Shown here: piece after piece, positions 16,835-29,000 of the stretch
How the letters are laid out: every line of letters starts with the position of its first letter
Numbering within the stretch: the stretch's first letter is position 1
DNA from: Amoebidium appalachense
Lineage: Eukaryota > Protista > Ichthyosporea
Assembly: GCA_963693365.1 (NCBI GenBank)
Contig: CAVNZM010000009.1
Span: forward strand, 8,599,408-8,663,407
Direction: 5' to 3'
DNA length: 64,000 nt
Notes under the pieces: model-generated
Seen by the model: the letters and a program-made list of their open reading frames with translations, nothing else
What the model was told of the DNA's origin: nothing
Database searches by the model: none
Made by a program: the position numbers and the translations under genes

Positions 16835-16910
16835 GATTGAAGCAGTAAGACTGAGAGATTTTCGCGGTTGTAGCGAGATTGTGTGTTAGCGTGCAAAGGG
16901 GCCGTAAACC

Positions 16911-17364
16911 TGTTATTTTGTGTGGGTAAACGGAGAAGCAGAGAGCACAGACGGGTGTTATGTAAAACACAACACAAAGACACACGGGAAAAACACAACC
17001 GGAGAGGAGGAACGATTTCTGGAACCATAGGAAGTGAATACGACTGCTTGTGATTTATTTCAAGATGAGGTCCCTTTTATACTTGGGAATGTGAAACGAT
17101 AAACCAAACAAAAGGACGAAAACTATGAGTGTAAAATATATCGATTAAAATGTCTGTCGACACATAGAATATAAAACTCAATCCTCTAATGAAAGAAACT
17201 TCTAATAAAAGCACGGAAACATTTAACAAAATGAAACCACTTATGTAACTATTAATTCATAACATATATTTATACATGTTCTTATCATAACACGTCTAAA
17301 TATAATTATTCCTAAATGAAGAACCCCCCCCCCCCTAAAACCCCACCCCCCCCCCCCCACACAC

Positions 17365-17412
<48 letters not shown>

Positions 17413-17496
17413 CACACACCGCCCACACAGCCCCACACACACACCCCCCACACACACAGCACATCCACCAGCCCACACGCACACACCCTCCCTCAT

Positions 17497-17542
<46 letters not shown>

Positions 17543-18071
17543 ACTACACCATATACAACAACACACATTCACTTATCCAGCTACCCCCCCCCCCCCCCCC
17601 CCCCCCCCCCCAAGAACTCTCCGCGTCCCTAGGGGGACACCAAAAGGCCCGGCGCCCAAACAAAGGGAAAAGAAAAGTTTAGCGTTTATGAAACTTATGT
17701 AACTATTAATTCATAAATATATTTATACATGTTCTTATCATGACACGTCTAAATATAATTATTCCTAATAGTTGAAGAACATAGCACAATGCTACGTCGT
17801 GGGAAAGGAATGAGAAAGGAATGTATGTTACTATATTTGGGAAAATACAAACGAGATATGATTGGATGACATATATAGATTTTGACGCAAACGACAATAC
17901 GTGTGCGCGAGCTAAGTATGTCGATACGTACACAGATCTAAGATGTCGTGTACACGGAAACGGAAAAGAAAGAAAGAAATGAAGAAAGGAAAAGGAAACA
18001 AACTACAACAACTAATAAATAAATACCAAACTCAACTTCTAAGTCTTGCTGAGAATTAAGTGAAGATGACA
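16911..18071 (-). repeat. Shared middle Copia LTR containing a ~380-bp poly-C/CA insert (17315-17690) and a ~75-bp local duplication
   Basis: The LTR sequence breaks after TTATTCCTAA and restarts at ACTTATGTAACTATT. Confidence 0.9.
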
Positions 18072-18552
18072 TCCCCACTCAAGGGTTGGAAGTTGGGTTC
18101 TCGTGAAGTTTGTTGATGTGACTGTTGATGTTAAGACTTTCACACATGTAGAAGTAGGTGCCGTGAAGTCACAGTCAAGTTTCCCCACTCGAGAAGACAA
18201 TGGAGAAGACTTGAAGGTGCAAGCCGGGGAAGAAAACCAAAACGGAAGAAGCACACAACGACGGTTGCCTCTGAAGACTCGGAAGATGACGGTAGCCAAT
18301 GACGTGATATATAAATATATATAGAAGAAACAACTAGTGTATGTGTGACGTGTTGGTGGCTAATGATAAATACATTATATATATGGTGGTATATAAATAA
18401 ACGACGGATGGTGGAGAAGAAATCCCCACTGAAGATGCACACACTGAAGATCGATGAAGACAGCAGTAGACTTTCGTTGGGAGGTGTCTCTACACGGTGA
18501 TGTGTAGACCACTGGCCAGGGCCCCAACCTACTTGAAGACCACTGTAGATGA

Positions 18553-18601
<49 letters not shown>

Positions 18602-18602
18602 C

Positions 18603-21600
18603 TCAGTCACGAAGACTGAGTGAATCACGGTGCTGCTCGTGGGACTGAGGGCCCGGGCAGGGGCTTGGTGAAGATGTCAGCCACGTTGTCTTTGCTGGAC
18701 ACGTAGGTGACGACCACATCCCCACTCTTGATGTAGTCCTTCGTGTTGTGGTAACGGACTGCAATGTGTTTGGTCCGGTGCTTGATGCTGTTGGTGTGCA
18801 GGAGGGCAATGGTGGACTGGTTGTCACAGTAGACGGGGGTGGGGTCGGTCATCGGGTAGCCGAGTTCACGGAGGAGATCACGGTGCCAGATGACGTTTTG
18901 AACAGCAGCATTGATGGCCAGAAGCTCAGCCTCGGTGGTGGATGTTGCCGTGATGGACTGCAGCTTCGAATACCATGTGATGGGTATGCCCTTGAAGAAG
19001 ATGACGTATCCGGTGGTTGAACGACGGGTGTTGGGGCAGTTGGCAAAGTCAGCATCAGAATAACACTCCAGCAAGGGGGTGTTGTCGTCGGAAGCAGACT
19101 TGTCGTAGTGAAGGCCGAGGTTGGAAGTGCCGATGAGGTACCGAACTACACGGAGTAGACATTCCCATGCAAGTTTGGTGGGGTTGGCACTGAATCTACC
19201 GAGGTAGCCGATGGCAAAGGAGATGTCGGGCCGGGAACAACGAGCAACCCACAAAAGACGGCCGAGTAGTTCACGGTAGGGAACCTTGATGGGTGGTGAG
19301 TCGTTCTCGTTGATGGTGATGACGGTGCCGACGGGAATGGGAGTAGCCTTGGGGTGAGCATCGTTGAGGTTGAAGTCTCTGACGATGTCGTTGATGTAGG
19401 ATTGCTGAAGCAGCTTGAGGTGACCGGGGGTGTGGATGAGCTGGGTGCCAAGGAAGATGTCGGGAAGGTCAACCTTGCAGAGAGCTGACTTCATGATGTG
19501 GTCTACTAGATCCTTGGTGTGGGAGGAGTTGGCCGTGCAGATGATGATGACGTCGTCCACATAGTTGCCAGTGAGGATGATGTCACCGTTGGGGAAGGTC
19601 TTGATGTAGACACATGGATCTGAACGGAGACGTTCGAGACCGTGAGCAAGGAGGACCTTGTCGAAGTACTCATACCAGGCCAGTGATGCTTGCTTGAGCC
19701 CGTAGAGTGCCTTCTTAAGTTTCCAGACCTTGTGTTCGTTGCCGGGGGTGATGAAGCCAGGTGGTGGCTCAATGTAGATGTCTTCTTGAAGAGGACTGTT
19801 GAGGAAGGCAGTTGAGACGTCGAGTTGATGAATCTCATGGTTGCCGTCCACACCGATGGCAAGGAGGGCACGGACGGAGGAGGACATCACCACGGGGGAA
19901 GAGGTGTCACCGTAGTCAACACCGTAGACTTGAGTGAAGCCCTTTGCAACACCACGAGCTTTGATCTTGGTGTCACCGGCTGAGTTGAGGACTTTCTCAG
20001 TCACAATCCACTTGAACTTGATGATGTTGGCACCAGGGGGGGGATCAACAATGGTGAAGACATCCTTGGTGATGAAGGCTTGGTACTCGGAGGTGAGGGC
20101 AGCTATGACGGCATCACCGTTGGGACCGTTGCAAAGCTTTTGAATGCCCTTGGGGAGCTGGTCAATGTTGATGGTCGGTGCTACGATGCTGACCAGTGCC
20201 GTTGGAGTCTTGGTGAGACGTGTAGACCGACGAAGGTTGGGCTTGGGGGGGTCCTTGAGGGGGGTGGTGGCCGGGTAGGTGGTGGAGGCCGGGATAGGGG
20301 CATGGAAGCCAGGAATAGGACCGGTGGTGAGGGGGGCATCGGTGTCCACAGGGCTGCTCGTGGCCGAGTGGAAGGTGGGGGACCCAGGACGAACCGGAGT
20401 CATGTAGCCGGGTTGATGCACAGCAACGGGGGGGGCCGGCAGCAAGGGTTGTTGGCCAGTGGGGGGGGGGGCTCGGGGGAGGCACGGGTTCAACCGGGGC
20501 TGGTTGGTTGTGCCAGGACGGTTGGGAGATGACCACAGACGGAGTTTCATCGTCGTCGTCGGAGGGGGGGTCCAATGTCGGCAGATCGGGTTTGGGGGGA
20601 ACGGAGACCTGATTGGTGCTGCCCGTGAATTTCGACTCGTCGAAGATCACATCACGGCAGATCTTGATTTGGTTGCTGGCATGGTCGAGGATCTTGTGTG
20701 CCTTGGAGGGTAGGTCCCAGCCGACGTAGGTGCCGACTCTGACGGTTGATGCCAGCTTGTTCCTCTTTGACCGGGGAACATGCACATAGGCAGGGGAGCC
20801 GAACACGTGGAGCTGGGAGACGTCGGGTTTGAAGCCGTGGAAGGCCTCGAAGGGAGTGTTGCCGTTGGCAGCAGATGACGGTGTGACGTTGATGATGTAG
20901 CTTGTATGCTTGAGAGCAGCAACCCACAACTTGGGAGAGAGAGGTTGGTCCTTGTCGGCATGGAGGAAGCAACGGACTGTCTCTTGCAGTTCTCTCATCT
21001 TCCGTTCAACAACACCATTGTGTTGTGGTGTGTCGACGGGGGCAAACTCCATGATGATGCCTTTCTGCTTGCAGTAGGCCTCGGTGTCCTTGGAGGTGAA
21101 CTCAGAGCCGGAGTCAAACCGAAGATGGGTGACGATCTCAGGTGTCTGACGTTCGATGGTTTCAACGAGAGACTGAATGTGGCTGAGGGTTTCACCACGG
21201 TTGTAAAGGGGGAACACGGTGGTGTAACCGGTGGCATCACAAACACACACCAGAGCAACCTTGTAGCCTCCGTAGGAAGCACAGGGAGCTTCGAAGAAGT
21301 CCAGGTGCCACTTAGCACCGGGAATGGTGAACTTGGAACGGGTGCCGGGAAAGGGGGCCTTGGTGGTCTTGCCAGACATGCAGCCGAAGCAGTCACTGTT
21401 GTCGGGTGACTTGAGGGAGGGGGGCATGCCGATGACAAGCTCATCCTTGGCCATCCTGGTGACGGTGGAGAGGGCACGGTGGCCGAGACGGTTGTGCCAA
21501 AGGGTGAGGTCGTCGGGTGGTTGAGTCCTTGCTGTGTAGGCTTGGACCCCCGGGTGTTTAGGAGTCTCAATCACATAGTCAGTGATGTAGTAGAGACCGT

Positions 21601-22972
21601 CGAGGGGGGTGAGATCTGTAATAATGTCACCATTACGGCTGTAGAGGAACGACGGGTGGTTGTCTGTATCGTCACAATGACCTAGGAGGCCGGCAGCTGA
21701 TGCCATGGAGGTAGACACGAGGAAAGACGGTGCCTCGGGAACGTAGTAAGCATTGATGCTGCACGGTGTTGGGTGGCCGTTGTAGTGCAGTGTTATGTTG
21801 ATGATGCCACGTTGTTTGGCATTGACTGTGCCGAGGCCGTGAATGGGGGTGGGAGGACACGGGGTAAGGGAGGAGAAATACTCCTTGATGGGGCAGATGT
21901 GTGCATTACAAGCACTGTCCCAGACGGGGTCGTTACTGTCAGGTGTGCCGGTGGAGGAGATGAGTGCAAATTTCACACTCTTGTCACCTTTCTCCTGCTT
22001 GGCACGACGAGCAACTGTGCAGCCAGGCTCCGGGCATGCTGTGATGTGGTGGGGCTCATGGCAGTAGGAACACTTCACACTGTTGGTGTTGTGCTGTCGG
22101 TTACGGTTGTCCCTGTTACCACGGTGGTAAGGGGAAGTTGAACGGGGGCCGGGTGACTTGGAGGGAGGACGAGGATCACGGGAACGGGACGGGGAACGGT
22201 GAGGTGTATGCTCACGTCGAGGAATACGGTTACGGAGGTCACCGGGGGGAAGCACTCTGCTCTGGAGTGCACGGAGGGGACGGTTGTTGACGGTTGCACC
22301 TGTGCCTGCGTCGATGAGGCCGGCACGGATTTCAGCTCCTCGGATGTCACTGATGAGCATGTTGAAGGACGGGTAGGCCTTGTTGTTCATCCAGTAGTCG
22401 GAGCAGAGACGTTCAATGTCGGGGCAGACCAGGGCTGTGTTCTTCCGGATGTGGAGGAAGAACTTACGTACGACATCCTTGTGCTGGACGGGTTCGTCGA
22501 GGCAGGCAAGTGTCGTAGCCAGACGTTGGAGACGGGTGAGGTATGCTGTGACGTTGGGGTAGTCTCGTAGTTCAAGCTCCTCGAAGGTGACTTGAATCTG
22601 GGTGACTCGGGCCTCCTTCTCCGCTACATACGCCATACGTAGGTTGTGGAAGACTTCACCACCGTGGACACCGTCTTGCATCCGGCCGGAGTCGTAGAGC
22701 TCGGTCGGGTGGACGGACTGGTTGAGGATCTGGTCGAGGACGTCGGAAGCTTTCTTGTAGGAGTCCTTGGTGGTGTAGCCTAGCCACTGGTTGGCTTCAG
22801 CGCCGTCAACCCACTGTGGCCTCTTGATAGCGTCAACGAATTTCTCGGCAATGGTGGTTCTAATGAACCGGTGAATGAGTGGCTCCCACTCGAAATAATT
22901 AAGACGTTTCTCGTCTCGTTTCTCGGACGGATTCCATATTGGAAGGTTGATATACGACGGTTTGTCAGTCAT
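18603..22972 (-). pseudogene. gag-pol: Copia gag-pol copy 2 (homopolymer frameshift ~20465; 4-bp insertion ~18645 near the C-terminus)
   Basis: ORFs 20162-22972 and 18625-20550 carry the same motifs as copy 1; the poly-G shift may be a sequencing error. Confidence 0.95.
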
Positions 22973-23048
22973 GATTGAAGCAGTAAGACTGAGAGATTTT
23001 CGCGGTTGTAGCGAGATTGTGTGTTAGCGTGCAAAGGGGCCGTAAACC

Positions 23049-23756
23049 TGTTATTTTGTGTGGGTAAACGGAGAAGCAGAGAGCACAGATGGGTGTTATG
23101 TAAAACACAACACAAAGACACACGGGAAAAACACAACCGGAGAGGAGGAACGATTTCTGGAACCATAGGAAGTGAATACGACTGCTTGTGATTTATTTCA
23201 AGATGAGGTCCCTTTTATACTTGGGAATGTGAAACGATAAACCAAACAAATAGACGAAAACTATGAGTGTAAAATATATCGATTAAAATGTCTGTCGACA
23301 CATAGAATATAAAACTCAATCCTCTAATGAAAGAAACTTCTAATAAAAGCACGGAAACATTTAACAAAATGAAACCACTTATGTAACTATTAATTCATAA
23401 CATATATTTATACATGTTCTTATCATAACACGTCTAAATATAATTATTCCTAATAGTTGAAGAACATAGCACAATGCTACGTCGTGGGAAAGGAATGAGA
23501 AAGGAATGTAAGTTACTATATTTGGGAAAATACAAACGAGATATGATTGGATGACATATATAGATTTTGACGCAAACGACAATACGTGTGCGCGAGCTAA
23601 GTATGTCGATACGTACACAGATCTAAGATGTCGTGTACACGGAAACGGAAAAGAAAGAAAGAAATGAAGAAAGGAAAAGGAAACAAACTACAACAACTAA
23701 TAAATAAATACCAAACTCAACTTCTAAGTCTTGCTGAGAATTAAGTGAAGATGACA
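23049..23756 (-). repeat. Copia 5' LTR (708 bp)
   Basis: Matches the other LTRs; followed on the minus strand by the PBS-position sequence GGTTTACGGCCCC. Confidence 0.95.
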
Positions 23757-24726
23757 GGTATAGATCAGGGAACAGTCGGAGGACCACCTGCCGAGTTGTT
23801 TGATCCGGGAGTCGTCGACCCCGGCCTCAGCCAGTGCTGTGGCCCCCCCGATGCGGAGGCTGTGTCCGGCAAACCGGGAGGGTGAGAGGCCTGCCCGGGA
23901 GAGGAGGGCACGAAAGTCGGCAGAGAAAGCACTCTTGGTGTAGGGGATGCCACCGAGACTGAAGAGGGGGTCGTCGGGTTGACCGGACGTTGTATCTAGG
24001 AACTGCCGGAGGAGATGGGCTGGGGAGAAGTGGGTGAGGGGCAGGGCAGCGAGAGTGACGTTGACACCTCGGGCCTGTACATCCGTCTTGGAGGTTGGCA
24101 GGTGGAGGGTGGCATGGGACAAAGTACCGGTGGGGGTGTAGCTGAAGGTCACATCCTTCCGTTTAACGTGACGGGACGGGTCAAAGGAAGTCAGGGTTTT
24201 GGAGGTAAATTCCCCCGAACGGAGGAGACCGCAGAAACCGACGATGAGGGCCGTCCATAGCCGTAGATTGGCCGAGGAGGCCTTGTTGGGGCACTGGCCA
24301 TGGAGTATGCTGAGGTGGGAGGGCAGGAGGGGCTCCCTGGTGGATGATCGGGGTCGGATGTTGTGAGAAAGTTGCCATCTGCCCACCCCTCGGAGGAACC
24401 AGGCCAGAGACTTGTCGTGAGGGTAGGGAGCAGGGAGGCCCATGTCGAGGTGGAGTCTGGTGATGGCCGAATTGTAGCCGGCCAAGGAAGAGGCCTGTAC
24501 CCCTCGTTGGGCACACCAGGCGAGAAAAAGCTGCACGGTGTGGGGGGAGGCCGGGAGGGAGGACCCGGCGGAGGATTGCAGCCGAGATGCCGCACAAAAA
24601 TCGATGAATACTTTTTTGCACCCGGGAGTAAAAGGCCCGAGAGTCGAGGTTGAGACTCAGGGCCTGACATTCCTGCAGGGTAGTGGTGGCACGAAGCAGC
24701 TCGGCCGGAGCAAAGTGGGGGGCCAA
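23757..24726 (-). pseudogene. Tyrosine recombinase (frameshift ~24545; C-terminus cut by Copia)
   Basis: GLLRSGEF, SKTD, HSLRIGGAT and GRWSS...Y give the R-K-H-R-W-Y catalytic set. Confidence 0.92.
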
Positions 24727-25047
24727 TCGGCCAGCGTTGCTCCGGAAGGGGAGATCTGGGGGGGGGGGGGGGGGGGGGTGAGCCCAGGGGAAGGGATAAG
24801 AACTTGTGGACCCAGAAGGGGAAGGGGCAGGGCTCCGGTTGCAGGTAAGGTCGGAGTCGTTGGGTCCGGGGAAGTTGGTTACGGAGGAGCTGCGCGGCGA
24901 ATGATTGGGCTGGGTAGGGGGGCCAGCAGCTCCCGGAGGCGGGAGGTGTCAACGTGGTGTTGGGGCAGCGGGCGGGCCTCCGGGGGCTGAGCCTCGGGGG
25001 AAGGGGTGGTTAGCAAGGGTGGGGCACCCTCGGGGAGATCCCGGCAT

Positions 25048-25091
<44 letters not shown>

Positions 25092-25481
25092 CAGGGCCCC
25101 GGTGGGTTTAGAGTAGGGCAGCAGGGCCCGAGGGAGGGTTTGCAGGGAGGGCAGCGGGGCCCTGTGCAGGGGATGCCCGAGCACGCGCGGGTGTGGGCGT
25201 ACACAGAGTTAGAAGAAGGGGGGGGGAGGGAGTGCTAGGTGAGTGTAAGGGGGGGGAGGCTCGTGGGATGGGGGGGGGGGGAGTAAAATTATGTGCAGTG
25301 GCCAGAATAACGTCTTTGTGTAGGGACATTTATTCTTGGCGCGCGCGGGCGCCGTAGTTGGCCTGCGAAAATTGTTACTCAGCCCTAGTGCCCCGTTTTT
25401 CCCGAGCTCCGTGTCCTTGGACCCGTGTAACCTAGCTCCTAGCCCCTATGTTCTATCTGTGGGTGTGGGTGTGCGCGTAGA

Positions 25482-26641
25482 CTAGGCATTGTGCTTGCAG
25501 TCTTTGCGGGGGTGTGTGCCAGAGCAGAGCGGGCACACGTGGGAGAAGGGGCAGGGCTGCTTAGCGCAGGACCGACCGTTGTGAAAATTCCTGCAGTGTG
25601 TCGCGGGTAGATCCACGGGTCGGGTCGGTGGTGCCGGGCCGGGTTGCGGGCCGGGTCGGTTAGGGGTTTGGCCCCCGCCGGGCTTGTGGGGCGGCTCGAA
25701 ACCATCAAGACCACAGCCGGGCTTGGGGTACATGGGGCAGGCCGCGCTGGGGTGGTCGGGGAAACCGCAGCGCTGACATGCGTCCGGTATGAGCAGAGTG
25801 GGTGGCAGGAGGAGATCCTGGTGGAGTTGGGCGAGCAGGTTGGGACACTCGATCGGAGCCCGACCCTGCTGGTGGGCAACGGTTCGGGCGTATATGTCAT
25901 AGTTGTGGATCTGGGCCCACGGGTATCGGGTGCTGAGGCGAGTGATGTGCTGAGTCCAAAGTACTTCTTTGTCCGTGGGGAGGCCGAGGTGGTGCTTGGC
26001 GGCCATGTAAAGGTCCAAGCTTGGATCCAAATGACGAGTGAACGCAGGGGAACAGGTTTGTCTTGGCGAACAGTCTCGATGCTGCCGTCGTCGGCCATGC
26101 GCAGATGCTGACCTTTCTTGGATGGGGCCAGGAGGGCGGCGGGGGTGAACTTATACAGGTCGACGAAACGATTGGCGCGCAAATCTGCCAGCACATCCGC
26201 GGGGGGAAGCGGGAGTGTGCCCGGCTGAATGTCGCCAGTGTTCTCACCTGTAATGGGGGGCACGGGCAGGGCAGGTAGATCCAGGTCAGGGCCGAGATGC
26301 AGCCCCAGGGAAACCTCCCCGGGTGCGGAGGGCGCGGCGTGGGGCGCGGGAGGGTCGCGGTTGGTGAGAGCGGCCAGGACGCCAGCCATCTGGGTGCTGA
26401 TGGCGGTGAGGGCGGCAAGGACGGCGTCTTGAGAAGTCATTGGCGGGGACGGTGGGGCCTGAGGGGGGACTTCAGGAGTAGAGGGGAGAGTAGCCGGAGG
26501 GTCCGTGGTGGTATGGACCGCTGGAGGCGCGTCAGTGCCCGCGGGAGCGTTGGTCAGCCTGTGGCGGAGGTCGCTGCGGGTCAGGCGCTTAGGTGCCGCG
26601 GCAGGGGCGGCGGCTGAGGCCTGGCGCTTTTTCGGCGGCAT
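25482..26641 (-). pseudogene. gag: Gag-like ORF1 with CCHC and CCCH/CCHC zinc fingers (frameshift ~26010)
   Basis: CQRCGFPDHPSAAC and CRNFHNGRSCAKQPCPFSHVCPLCSGTHPRKDC. Confidence 0.85.
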
Positions 26642-26773
26642 GCTGACCGGCGTAGGGAAAGATAGGGAGAAGAAGAAAAAGAAAATATAGCTGTAAAGCT
26701 GTAGGTGCTAAACACAGGAGATGTGTTGTTGCTTGCTGATCTGCTAAAAACTGTCGTGCTTATATACCTAAGG

Positions 26774-28614
26774 GCCGGCCATCGTAACCGTTGGCATCTG
26801 CCCATTGACGCATATGTTCTGCCAACCCCTGCGTTGTAGCATAGGCCCCATCTCCGATGCCTAGGTCAACTGCTGCATCACCAGCATTTGCAATGTCGCG
26901 GAGAAACTGGAGCTCCAAGGGCAAGCTCTTCTCCATTAGCTCTCGCCGGAGGCTTGTGTCGGGAGGGACTTCAGAGTTGATTTCACGCCTGGTAGATCAA
27001 CCAAGTAGTGGAAAAGTGCTTGTAGGACATCTGTTCGTTTGTAATACTCGATGAATGCAGTGTAGTACTCACGCTGCCCAATGCGCATTCCACTAGCCTC
27101 GAGACACATGTAGCGTCGGTCACTCTGCTCAACTCGCACAGCCCAATCCTCATTGGTCAAAAAGGCGTAGCGCTCGTAGGTGCGTGTGTGGACACCATCC
27201 ACTCCCTTCTTCTCCAAGATGGCATCATCTTGCGTGATGAGCGCTTTCAGTATGTTGTTGACTTCGTGACAGCCACCAAACGTACATTCATCGACAACGG
27301 CCAGGAGCTTGTGCATGAGGTGTGCATTAAACTTGCTTGAAAGATGGTCTTTGTTTTTGATTGAGGCACTGTAATTCTCGCCAATTAAGCGTTGAACTAC
27401 CTCAAACCACGTATTCTTACCAGCCCCTTGTGCAGACTTCACAAGGATCGCTGTGCCTGGTTTGGTAGCTGGGTGCTGGAATATATGAGCGGTCCAGCGT
27501 AACAGATACGAAAAAGCATCTTCGTTACCGTTTGCTAATATCTCATACGCATGGCGTACGAACATTTCAGCAGGATGTCTCGAATAGAGCCCATACTTTT
27601 CCAACAGCTCGTCGGTCATAAAACCCCACTGCGATTCGGAAGGATGGGTGGTACAATACATCTGGGTCCGGTGTAGTTGAATGCCGAGTCGTACTTGAAC
27701 CGGAGCCCTCGAAAAATGTTAAAAACTCGGCGTTCACCATGTAGATAGGCTTCCTTGACGAGGTTTGTTTTGGGGTTGGGCGATTCTGGATCAAAGACTG
27801 CTAAAACGTAAGTTGGGATCTCGCCATTCATGAAGTCGACACCCGTGTACCTTTTCTCCGTATCCCTGTCGATGTACTCCACACTAAACCGTTGAATCGA
27901 GTTTCGCATATCGTCCTTCGTTAAAGTTCTGAGTTCATAGGCCTGCCTCTCAGGGGACCATTGCTTCAGGATGTAGAGGCTTGTTCCGTTAACATATGCA
28001 GCCCATTTGCTCAGATAGGCGACCAGACCACTACGCCCCCAATCCGAACCAATGATGCGTGGTAGAAACGGCATGCGGTCGGGGGGCTCGCTGCTCTCTC
28101 TTTCCAACTCGTCAAAGATGGATCGCTCGGGTGTAAAGTCCATCATGGTTGTGTCACATGTCGGAGAGGACTTGGCTTCAGTGGGTTGTGTGTCTTTGCC
28201 GTAGATGGAGGTGAAGGCCCCGGCGGTGTTCCAACGCATCACACTCCCAGAGTTCCAATCACGAATGGGGTTGACGATAACACGGTTGGCCTTCGAAAAT
28301 CTTTCGGACGCCCAGGCCGTCATGGCTGCTCGGTCAGGTCCAGGGGGCTGATGCCTTGCATTGCACTCCAAATGAGCAGTTTTGGCCCGCTTTGTCAAGC
28401 ATGTGCGGATTTCACCATATGAGGTTCCAAATGTTGTTTGAATTGACTTGAAAAGATCGTCGTGGTCAAAGGGCTCGCCATCCACACGCATTTCTCGTTC
28501 ACCAGTAGGGGCATAGACAGCAAGGTACCAATCCTGACATCGACTTCTCAGACTTGTTGCTTCCACAGCCTGCGGGGGAGGCTCGGCGCCTTCACAGCAT
28601 ACTGTAGGTTCCAT
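26774..28614 (-). pseudogene. D5/NrS-1-like (DUF5906-type) SF3 helicase; frameshifts ~27660 and ~26940; C-terminus cut by the YR element
   Basis: VFDP..VFNIFRG, LLRWTAHIFQHPATKPGTAILVKSAQGAGKN (Walker A), SKFNAHL..LAVVDE (Walker B), LKALIT, LTN, SDRRY. Confidence 0.85.
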
Positions 28615-28658
28615 TATCTATATGGATGAGAAAAAAAAAATCGGCAGGTGGTTGTAAG

Positions 28659-28873
28659 TGAACCACTTGAACCACCTGAACCACAGTGACTGAACCAGGG
28701 GGGTAAATCACCCCCTCCAGAAATATACTCGAGGTTGGTGTTTGTGTCTGTTCTCTGCTGGATTACAAAAACAGTGGTTCAAAGTGGTTCAAGTGGTTCA
28801 CTCTATTAGAATTGGGTTAAAATGTCAAGTTTTATTATAAGAAATCGGAAAACCGTGAACCACTGCGAACCAC
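28659..28873. promoter_or_regulatory. Iteron-like (T)GAACCAC array, putative replication origin
   Basis: Four direct copies (28659-28698), three inverted GTGGTTCA (28774-28800) and two more direct copies (28856-28873) around an AT-rich segment, between divergent genes. Confidence 0.6.
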
Positions 28874-29000
28874 TGACCGGTAGTAAGGATCTGACCAAGA
28901 GAGAGTAGTGGTACAGACTGGCATCTTTTGGATGTGTTGCTTCCTTTTATACCTTTGAGGTGGGGTATGGAGTTGAGATTTTTTCTTGTGGCCTACAGTG

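Larger units (their letters stand above)
11244..23756 (-). mobile_element. Tandem Ty1/Copia array LTR-int-LTR-int-LTR
   Basis: Three TG...CA LTRs (11244-11951, 16911-18071, 23049-23756) and two near-identical internal regions in PR-IN-RT-RH order; PPT GAGTGGGGA adjoins the 3' LTRs. Confidence 0.95.
23757..26773 (-). mobile_element. Ngaro/DIRS-type YR retroelement copy 2: gag + YR, RT/RNase H deleted, both ends truncated
   Basis: Partial repeat A (to 26773), gag and YR are present; only ~750 bp separate gag from YR, with no YxDD motif. Confidence 0.85.

Noticed and set aside
20455-20475. Programmed frameshift in Copia pol
   Set aside because: It lies in a G homopolymer that is in frame in copy 1; more likely slippage or sequencing error.
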